Assembly: GCA_050613775.1 (NCBI GenBank)
Contig: JBODTK010000151.1
Coordinates: forward strand, 62,001-126,000
DNA length: 64,000 nt
From: Neocallimastix sp. 'constans'
Taxonomy: Eukaryota
Reading direction: 5' to 3'
Positions 54,621 through 64,000 of this stretch are shown one piece after another. The notes beneath the pieces were generated by a model. The model was not told the origin of the DNA. It saw only the letters and a list, made by a program, of their open reading frames with translations, and made no database searches. Numbering within the stretch: the stretch's first letter is position 1; each line of letters opens with the position of its first letter. Both the position numbers and the translations under genes were made by a program.

Positions 54621-55685
54621 TTATTTATTTAATGCAGTATCTGCTTTTGGTAGGGAAGAAGCGGAGATATCAAGATCGATTACAGGAGCATGGGAAGGTA
54701 AATCAGTTTGAGTAGTTTCATTGGCAGGAGTTGAATAGGGTAAACTAAATTGTTGAGGTTGATTTGGTAATTCTGTACTAATAAAGGAGCTTCGATATTG
54801 ATAGGGAAGACCAACAACAGAATAGTTAGAATCAGCACAGGAAGTAGCATAGTCATGAAAAGTGGAAAGTCCAATCACCGTTGGATTATAATTCATTTCT
54901 GTAATATTAGTAGTAGAAAAAGCATTATCTTGATTATCTTGATTATCTTGATTCGATAGCTCTTCATTATTCAGTTTTTTTTCAACATGACCTGTTCCAT
55001 AAATAATACTGATATTATCATTTGTTTTACCATCATCCACATTAGAAGGTAATGGAAACAATTTATTCCTACTCTTTTTTCTTTTTTTAATGATGAAATA
55101 GGAACCTGCAGCAAGAACCATAAGTACTACCGCAATTATACTGATAATTGGAAGAGCTGTAACACCTTTGCCTTCATTACTACTACTCCTACCACCACTA
55201 CCAATAGTTTCATGATTAATATTATTTTGGTTAATGGTTGAGCTAGATAATAAATCCGGGTTTTTGTTATTATAATTATTATCATTATTTCCATTAGTTT
55301 TAAAAGTGTTAATATCGCTATCACCATTCCTCCAATTATCCGTATTAGCATTGGAATTTGTATTTGTATTATCTTCATTATTTTTATTTCCATTAGATTG
55401 AAGACTACCACTCTCTTTAGAGTTTTCTTTTTTATTATCACTATTAACATTATGATTATAATTATCGTTTTTATTAGGAGTATTATCTTTATTATTTTCC
55501 TTTTCCTTTTCCTTTTCCTTTTTGCTATTATTATTATTATTATTATTATGTAAAGTTTCAATTTCAGTATTATTTGAATTTTCATTTACATCTTTATTCT
55601 CACCACTACTTCTACTACTTTTATTTGAACTATTATGATGTCCATCATTTTCTGTTTCCTTATTATGTTCATTAATTTCTGACAT
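54621..55685 (-). CDS. Orphan single-pass membrane protein 5 (354 aa): Asn/Glu/Ser-rich N-terminus, TM ~177-199
   Basis: Long ORF, taaaATG start; TM ALPIISIIAVVLMVLAAGSYFII then KKRKKSR; Tyr/Ser/Pro tail. Confidence 0.88.
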   Translation of the reverse strand: MSEINEHNKETENDGHHNSSNKSSRSSGENKDVNENSNNTEIETLHNNNNNNNSKKEKEKEKENNKDNTPNKNDNYNHNVNSDNKKENSKESGSLQSNGNKNNEDNTNTNSNANTDNWRNGDSDINTFKTNGNNDNNYNNKNPDLLSSSTINQNNINHETIGSGGRSSSNEGKGVTALPIISIIAVVLMVLAAGSYFIIKKRKKSRNKLFPLPSNVDDGKTNDNISIIYGTGHVEKKLNNEELSNQDNQDNQDNAFSTTNITEMNYNPTVIGLSTFHDYATSCADSNYSVVGLPYQYRSSFISTELPNQPQQFSLPYSTPANETTQTDLPSHAPVIDLDISASSLPKADTALNK

Positions 55686-57322
55686 TTTAATTATATTAAT
55701 AGATTTAGATATTTATTTGTTTAATTGGTTAAAGCGAGTTAATGGGAAAGAAGGATTCTTTTAATTAATTAATACTTAAAAATATTTTAATATATTATTA
55801 TAATATAAAAGTTTTTATTTTTATTTCCTTTTTTTTATTATTATTATTATTATTTCTTATTATTTTTATTGCTATATATATTTTCAATTTATGGTTATTT
55901 TCTTATTTAACATTTAATAATAACTATTTTTTTTAATTCTTAAATAAATTATAATATTTTTTATTTTTTTTTTTAATTTTAATTTACGTTATATTTATAA
56001 TTATAAGTTTTCTTATAAGTTTTTTTATTTCTCGTTTTTTTTTTTTCGTTTGTTTCTCTTTTTTTTTTTTTGTATAAAGTCTTTTCTTTTTAACTGAAAA
56101 AATATATATTGTTTTTAATATTTACATTGTAATAATACTTTTTTTTTTTAAAAAAAAAAAAAAAATACTTTAATAATAATATTATTATTTGAAATTGATA
56201 ACCTGAGGAAAGGCAAATTATTTATTTTATTTTTTTTTTTTATATTTTATATTTTATATTTTATATTTTATATTTTATTTATTTATTTATTTATTATTTC
56301 TTTCCTTTTTTTTTATTTCTTTTTTTTTTTATATTATTATTTTTTTTCTTACATTTGTTAAAAGAAAAAAAAAATTTTTTTTAACAAAAAATAAAGAAAA
56401 AAAAAATGAATATTATCTAATAGAATAAAAAAAATTTTTTTTTTAAATTATTATTATTAATTTTTTTTTTTTCTTTTTCTATATCATCATTGAATGTAGT
56501 ACAAGTGAAGACTTTCCTATAAAAAAAGAAAAAAAATTTTTTTTTATAATAATTATAATTTTTAAAATATTAAAAAAAAAAAAATTTTTTTTTCCTTCTT
56601 TGTCTCTTTTTTTTTATTTGTATCTTTTTTTTTTAATTTTTTTTTAAATTCTAATTATCTTTATAGAATATGAACCTTTGCTTATGTCTTCTTTTATGAC
56701 TTCTTTTTATTTATATATAACTAATATAAATAGTAGAATGCAATGAATGAAGTAAACATAAAAATTAACATTCTTGTTGATAATCACTTTACAAAGAAAT
56801 ATAATAAAATATAGAAAATATAATAAAATATTATAAAATATAGATAAAATATAGAATTATAATCAAATATAGAATTATAATTAAATATAGAATTATAATA
56901 AAATATAGAATTATAATAAAATATAGAATTACATAAAATATAATAAAATATAATTAAAAATAATAATTAAATTAATAATTAAATTAAATTTTTTAATCAT
57001 CTTTTTTTTAATTTTTTTTAATTAATTTAACAAAAAAAATAAAAAAAAAAAATTTGTTTTATTATTAATAAACTTTTTTGTAACATGAAATTGAACTTTA
57101 TTTATTAATATTTTCATTCATTCATCAACAAACAAAAAAAAAGAAAAATGGAAGATATAAAAAAAAAATAAAAATATAAAATAAAAAATTTAAAATAATA
57201 AAATAAAAAAATAAAAAAATAAAAAATAATAATTATTAAAATTATAAATTTTAATATTTATAAAAAAAAAGATTAACGAATCATTATTTAAATATTTAAA
57301 ATAAAATAAAATGTTTTATAAT

Positions 57323-57492
57323 ATTTGAATATGTAATACATATGAATATATATATATATGAATATAATTGAATATGTAATATATATGAATATAATTGAAT
57401 ATGTAATATATACATGAATAGAATTGAATATGTAATATACATGAATATAATTGAATATGTAATATATACATGAATAGAATTGAATATGTATA
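57323..57492. repeat. Minisatellite, ~25-33 bp unit (tgaatatgtaatata..atgaatataat), ~6 copies
   Basis: Direct reading. Confidence 0.8.
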
Positions 57493-58017
57493 TAATTATT
57501 ATTCATCTACCTTAATTTTAATTTTTATCATTTATCAGACATATATGATATGACAAATATTTATTTAATTCTTATATACATTTATATTAAACAAATATAT
57601 TAAGATAGCTATTGAATTATATTTATAAAATATGTTATAAAATATAATTAAACAGTTCTGATATTTCTTATCTTAAATGCTATTTATTATATTTAAACAA
57701 AATATTCAAACAATAAAAAAAATGGATTTTTTTGGTTTTTTTTTTTTTTTCTTTTTACATTTTACATTTGAATTAATTTTGACTTTCATGGTCGTACTTG
57801 GTTCCATTTTGCTTTTATAGAAATGATTTACATTAAAAGAAAAGAAAAATAAAATTCAAAAGGATTTTATACATGAACTTTTATTTATATAAACTTTTAT
57901 TTATATATAAACTTTTATATTTTTTTTGAATTTTTATATTGATATTTATATTTGTATCTAAATTCATTCTATAAGCAAGCATCAATTTTATAATAAATAT
58001 AATACAAAAATATTAAT

Positions 58018-58375
58018 GAAATTAAATATAATAAAATATAAATAATAAAATTAAATATAATAAAATATAAATAATAAAATTAAATATAATAAAATATAAA
58101 TAATAAAATTAAATATAATAAAATATAAATAATAAAATTAAATACAATAAAATATAAATAATAAAATTAAATATAATAAAATATAAATAATAAAATTAAA
58201 TATAATAAAATATAAATAATAAAATTAAATATAATAAAATATAAATAATAAAATTAAATATAATAAAATATAAATAATAAAATTAAATACAATAAAATAT
58301 AAATAATAAAATTAAATATAATAAAATATAAATAATAAAATTAAATATAATAAAATATAAATAATAAAATTAAAA
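58018..58375. repeat. Minisatellite, 29-bp unit attaaatataataaaatataaataataaa, ~12 copies
   Basis: Direct reading; two copies carry a t>c variant. Confidence 0.9.
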
Positions 58376-59090
58376 TATGGAAAATAAAAAAATGAAAATT
58401 AAATTAAAAAAAAGAAAAGAAAAAAAGAAAAAGAATTTATTTTTATATTAAAAAAAAAAAAAAAAAAGATATGAATAAAAGTTAACTATAAAAAATAAAA
58501 ATTTTTAAAATTTTATTATTATTTTTTTTTTGAATTGGATAATAAAAATTAAATATGGAAATATGATGAAATATGATAGGATGGTAATTAATAATCAGTA
58601 TTAATAATAAATAATAAATAATAAAAAGAGTATTTATTAATAAATAATAAAAAATTAAATAATATATAATGGAATAATTAATAATGGAATAATGGAATAA
58701 TAAAAGTATTATTAATAAAGAAAGGTAATAATTTTTTAAAGGAATCTTTAAAAGTTATTCCTTCTTTTTTCATTAAAATAATAATAAAAAAATAATCTCA
58801 ATAAATTATAAATAATAAATAATAATTAAATAATTAAATAATAAATAACACTAAATAATTAAATAATTAAATAATTAAATAATAAAAAATAATAAAAAAT
58901 AATAAAAAGATAGCTTTCTTTTCATAAAGATAATACACACACAACAACAACATAAATGATTTTATTTTTATTTTTTTTCTTTCATTATTTTAATCTAATT
59001 TATTTCAATAAATAATTAAATTGTTAATAAAAAATAAAAAATAAAAATGATAATAAATAAAAAAGAAACATAGAAAAATATTTTTTAAAA

Positions 59091-59131
<41 letters not shown>

Positions 59132-59162
59132 TGTATTAAAATATTTTTTAATAATATAAAAA

Positions 59163-59227
<65 letters not shown>

Positions 59228-59411
59228 AAAATTTTTTATTATTTAAATTATTTATTTATTAATTTTAATTTTTTGTTTTGATTTGTTTTGTTTATATATT
59301 TATGTTTTATTTTGTTTTGTTTTGTTTTGTTTTTAGTATTTTAGTTGGTTTAAATGGTTTAAATAAAAAAATTTTAATATATAAACATCAATATAAATAT
59401 TAATTAATGCT

Positions 59412-59452
<41 letters not shown>

Positions 59453-59986
59453 TTTTATTTATTTATTTTATTTTATTCGTTTATCTTTATTGACTCTTTT
59501 TGTAATATTTAATATATAATGTCTATATACATTTAATATTTATATTTATATTTATATAATGTTTGAGTTTTATATATTAAATATATATATAAAAATAAAA
59601 TTTTATGGATAACCTATTCCTATTAACTATTTAATTATAATTTCTAAAACAAAATATATTATAATATAAATCTTTTAAAAAAAAACTTTTTTTTTTTTTT
59701 ACAACCGTAATGATTTTCAAACTTTTTAAAATAAAACTTTTATTAGATTTATTCATTTTATTAATGACATGAATAATATTTATTTTATTTTTTTTAAAAA
59801 AAAAAAAAACACAGAATTAATAAAAAAAAAATTAATAAATAAATAAATAAATAAATATTAGTAAGGGGATTCCAATTAGAAACATAATAAAACGTCTCGA
59901 ATAGTAATAAATGGGAAATAAAATATATATATAAAAAAAAAAAAAAGTTCAAAAATAAATAAATAAAAGTTTATATGAAAGTTTAG

Positions 59987-60018
<32 letters not shown>

Positions 60019-60029
60019 CATAGGTTAAC

Positions 60030-60785
60030 GAACCTTCATTTCCTTATGGATTTAGGTTTTTGAATGGACCATCTGAAATGAAATGATGAAATGAGGATGA
60101 TCCTCTTTTCTCTTTCTTTCTTTCTCTCTTTCTTTCTTTTTTTCTTTATTTTTTTTTTTATTTTTTTCTTTCTTTCTTTCTCTTTTTCTTTTTTTCTTTA
60201 TTTTTTTTCTTTATTTTTTTTCTTTATTTTTTTTCTTTCTTTCCATTTCTTTCTTTTTCTTCTCCTTCAGAGAGGCATTGTATTGGTTCCTTGTTGAGAG
60301 CCTCTCTTTACCTTAACCTTATCTTTAACCCTTAACATTTTCCAAGGATTTAATGTTTTTTTCTTCTCCTGAAGTGAATAAAGTTGGTCATTTTATCTTA
60401 TTCCCTTCCCCCTTTTTCTGAAATAGTAATTCCTTGTTCGAATGATACTATTACTACTACTACTACTCATATACTAACTTTGGATATAATTTCTTTTAAA
60501 TAAATAAAGAAAGAAAGAGAGAGAAACTGCAGCAGATGTTACACCAAAAGAATGGATATTCCTATTCAAGAATAATTTAAAAAAAAAAAAAACAACCAAG
60601 AAAATAAAATATAATTTTGATTCTTTAAAAAAATATAAAACATACAAGAAAATAAAATATAATTTTGATTCTTTAAAAAAATATAAAACATAAAACATTT
60701 TTTTTTTTTTTCATTTCCCTTTTATATATATATATATATATATATTTTTTTAAATCAATAATATCTGTATCCTATCTCTTCAAAA
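60030..60785 (-). mobile_element. Highly decayed LINE 3' end (same family as the 30k and 39.6k copies)
   Basis: Collinear anchors cttcagagaggcattg, aatagtaattccttgttcgaa, taatttctt.taaata, acaccaaa, ttaaatcaataat and atctcttc match 39760-40141. Confidence 0.6.
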
Positions 60786-60845
60786 AGGAAAAAAAAAAAA
60801 AAAAAAAATTATAAATAAATAATAAATATAAATATAAACCTCTTA

Positions 60846-60881
<36 letters not shown>

Positions 60882-61036
60882 GACTTCACCACTTTTCCGA
60901 TTTTTTTTTTCCTTCCTTCCTTTCTTTTATTTTTATTTTTAACGACCCATCCTATAATATTTATATATGAAATATATATATATATATATTTCATTTGTAT
61001 ATTACATATACATTTTATTTCATATTTTTTTTAAAG

Positions 61037-61079
<43 letters not shown>

Positions 61080-61563
61080 TATCTTTTAAAATAATTTTTT
61101 TTTTTTTATTTAATTTAATTTTATTATTATTTTTTTTTATTATTATTATTATAATTCATTGTGTGTGTAAAATTTTAATTTTATTATTATTAGTGTGTGT
61201 AAAGTTTAATATTTTATTTTTTATTTTATTATACTATTTTTACTATATTTATTTTATATTATTATTATTATTGTTATTAATTTTTATTATATTTTTAATT
61301 ATTAATTTAATTTATTATATTATTATTATCTATTTTAATTTTATTATTATTATTATTATATATTATTATTAATCTATTTTATTTTTCTTAAACAATTAAT
61401 AAAAAATAATAATAATAATTTTGCTTTTTTTTTTATTAAATAAATAATCAATATTTATTTAATACTTTTATATTTATTATTATTATTACTATTATTATTT
61501 TTTATAAAGGTGAAGAAAAAAAAAAAAAACATATTTGTTATTAATGAGATTATTATTATTTTA

Positions 61564-61602
<39 letters not shown>

Positions 61603-61668
61603 ATAATTAAATATTGAATTTTTTTAAAGGAAATATATATATTAATTTTTATAAATTTTTTTTTATTT

Positions 61669-61704
<36 letters not shown>

Positions 61705-61803
61705 TTATTATTAATAAAAATAAAAAATAAAATATAGTCTTACTTATAAAAAATTTATGCAAAAACTATATTTAACTATTATTATTTTATTTTATTCTAT
61801 TTT

Positions 61804-61850
<47 letters not shown>

Positions 61851-61904
61851 TATTTAAATATATATATATATTATGCAATTTAATTTAATTTAATTTTTTT
61901 TTCT

Positions 61905-61957
<53 letters not shown>

Positions 61958-61969
61958 TATTTATTTATT

Positions 61970-63448
61970 TTAGTTTTCTTTGGTAATGAAAGAGTATTCT
62001 CTATTAACGTCATCATCATTACATACTTCTTTACCCTTTTTAGATTTAACTGGTACGTTGGTAGCATTTTCATCTCCAAAAGGATTATCATTAGTAAATG
62101 GATTTTCATTGGGGGTAACTTCATTTTTAACTTGTGCCTTTGATGAATCAACATCATTAGCAAGTTGTTTTTCTGTTGGGTTTGCAGAAGAAGATGATGA
62201 AGAAGGAGAAGGTGTATTACCATTGGCATTGGCAGAATTAGTATTAGTAGTATTAGTAGTAGTGTTTTGATTTTGTTGAACTTCAGCAACAACAGCTGTT
62301 GTACCTTCAGCAACTGGAGTAACAACATTTGTGATTGGAATTTGAGTGGAAGTAGGGTTACCATTTGAAGATTCAACTTCAACAGGTTGAGTTGGTGCAA
62401 CAACAATAGCAGCAGCATCAACAATACCATTATTAATTGGATATTGGTAAGGTTGATTATTTTGTTGATTATATTGTTGATTACAAAGTTGATTATAAGT
62501 TTCATTATATTGATCATAGTGATCATAGTCTTTATAAAGACTTTGATCAGGATTATTTCCATATTGATAGCTTACATCTTCAACTGTATTAAATGGTGAA
62601 GTGTAAACAGTATTAACTGGTGGATAATAATTTGGTGTAGCAGAAGAGTAATCATAATTAGCTTCAGCTGCATTATTACCATAGGCATTAGCATATTCAT
62701 TATAATTATTATTAGTTTTGGTACTGTCATTTGGTTCAGCCTCACTTACAATTTCAATTTTATCATCTGGTTCTTGAGTTTGATGATAATCTTCAAACAT
62801 CTTTTCATTTTCTCTATTTCTTCTTCTCTTTCTTAAAATAAAGAATGTACAGCAAATAACAGCAACAGCAACAAGAGCAACTAATCCAAATGTTGATATT
62901 CCAGTATTATCCTTACTACTTCCAGGAACTATATTATTGATATTATCATCAGTCTTTCTAGCGGTAGCTTCAAGAGCTAAATCTGGATTATTATTGACTG
63001 GAGTAGATGCTGGAGCAGTGGTTGGAAGAGCATTATTAACAGCTTCTGTTGTAGTTTGTACATTCTTAGGTTCCACAGGAGCAACTTCAGGAACGTCTAT
63101 ATTATTATTAACATTAGGATTAGTAAAAGTTTTTTTCTCATTATTACTATTATCTTTTTTTTTATTACTTTTAGTAGTCTTCGTAGAAGAAGGAATTTCA
63201 GGAGAGGGGGGAGTTGGAGGAGTTGGAAGGGCTTTTGCGGGTTTGTAATTGTTATTATTACCATTGGAATTGTTGTTTTGTTGATTTTGTTGATGATTTT
63301 GTTCCATTCCTTTTTGTTGATTTTGAAGATCAATAGCCTTATTCATTGCATCTCTAGCTAATTGTTCATCACGTTCTTTAGCTCGTTCATTTTGTCTTCT
63401 GATTTCTTCTTGTTCTCTTAATATTCTATTTCTTTCTTCATCAGCCAT
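61970..63448 (-). CDS. Orphan single-pass membrane protein 6 (492 aa): N-terminal charged helix, Pro/Thr stalk, TM ~185-205, Tyr/Asn/Gln-rich tail with two NPF motifs
   Basis: Long ORF, caaaATG start; TM ISTFGLVALVAVAVICCTFFIL then RKRRRNR; NPFTNDNPFGD near the C-terminus. Confidence 0.9.
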   Translation of the reverse strand: MADEERNRILREQEEIRRQNERAKERDEQLARDAMNKAIDLQNQQKGMEQNHQQNQQNNNSNGNNNNYKPAKALPTPPTPPSPEIPSSTKTTKSNKKKDNSNNEKKTFTNPNVNNNIDVPEVAPVEPKNVQTTTEAVNNALPTTAPASTPVNNNPDLALEATARKTDDNINNIVPGSSKDNTGISTFGLVALVAVAVICCTFFILRKRRRNRENEKMFEDYHQTQEPDDKIEIVSEAEPNDSTKTNNNYNEYANAYGNNAAEANYDYSSATPNYYPPVNTVYTSPFNTVEDVSYQYGNNPDQSLYKDYDHYDQYNETYNQLCNQQYNQQNNQPYQYPINNGIVDAAAIVVAPTQPVEVESSNGNPTSTQIPITNVVTPVAEGTTAVVAEVQQNQNTTTNTTNTNSANANGNTPSPSSSSSSANPTEKQLANDVDSSKAQVKNEVTPNENPFTNDNPFGDENATNVPVKSKKGKEVCNDDDVNREYSFITKEN

Positions 63449-64000
63449 TTTGTATTTTTTTTTTTTTTATTATTTTATTTTATTTTTAATTTATCTAATT
63501 TTTTTTTTTCTATTGTTTTAAATGTTTTACTATATTATATTATTTTACTTTATTTTATTTGATGTTTATTTTATTTTATTTTATTTTAAAATATATATAT
63601 TTTTTGATTTTTTTTTTTTTCTTTAAAAATTCCAACAATAAATTAATAAATGGAAAAAAAATATATACATTAAATTGGATAATTTTTTCAATTTAATAAA
63701 ATTTATTTACAAAATATATATATTTATTTATTCTAATTTTATTTTATTATTTTATATATATATATATATATATTTTTTTTTTTGTTTTTTATTTTATATT
63801 AAATTATTTATAATAAATGAAAAAAACTTTTTAAAAAAAAAGAGAACTTTTTTTCTATTTATTTATATTTAATTCTCAATGAAATTTAGATTAAATATTA
63901 TTGGTATAATTGGATTTTCTATTAAAATAATAATATATTTAGTTTTAATTTGAAAATAAAAAAAAAAATTTTTTTTTTGTTGTTTTAATAAATAATTTAA

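Overview
Extremely AT-rich eukaryotic DNA with long poly-A/poly-T tracts, GT-AG introns and Asn-rich ORFs; composition and gene content fit an anaerobic gut fungus (Neocallimastigomycota), which is an inference. Nine credible protein genes are present. Six are co-oriented (minus strand), apparently intronless orphan single-pass membrane proteins with no signal peptide. They share an architecture of a ~155-200 aa low-complexity N-terminus, one TM helix, a basic cluster and a Tyr/Pro/Ser-rich tail, and three of the tails carry clear fungal sorting motifs (acidic dileucine or NPFx(1,2)D). The other three are a bacterial-type ketopantoate-reductase-family gene (probable HGT), a 1274-aa ankyrin-repeat gene and a 6-exon CorA/ALR1/MNR2-type Mg2+ transporter. 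Intergenic DNA holds four decayed copies of one LINE family, two short polyA-tailed retroposed copies with TSDs (one with its empty site in the window), a 1.5-kb nested-palindrome foldback element, a ~4-kb compound AAAAT satellite with higher-order structure, and several tandem and inverted repeats. The best candidate for an undescribed system is the six-gene receptor/sensor-like membrane protein array. Most short ORFs in the supplied track are microsatellite or antisense artefacts.
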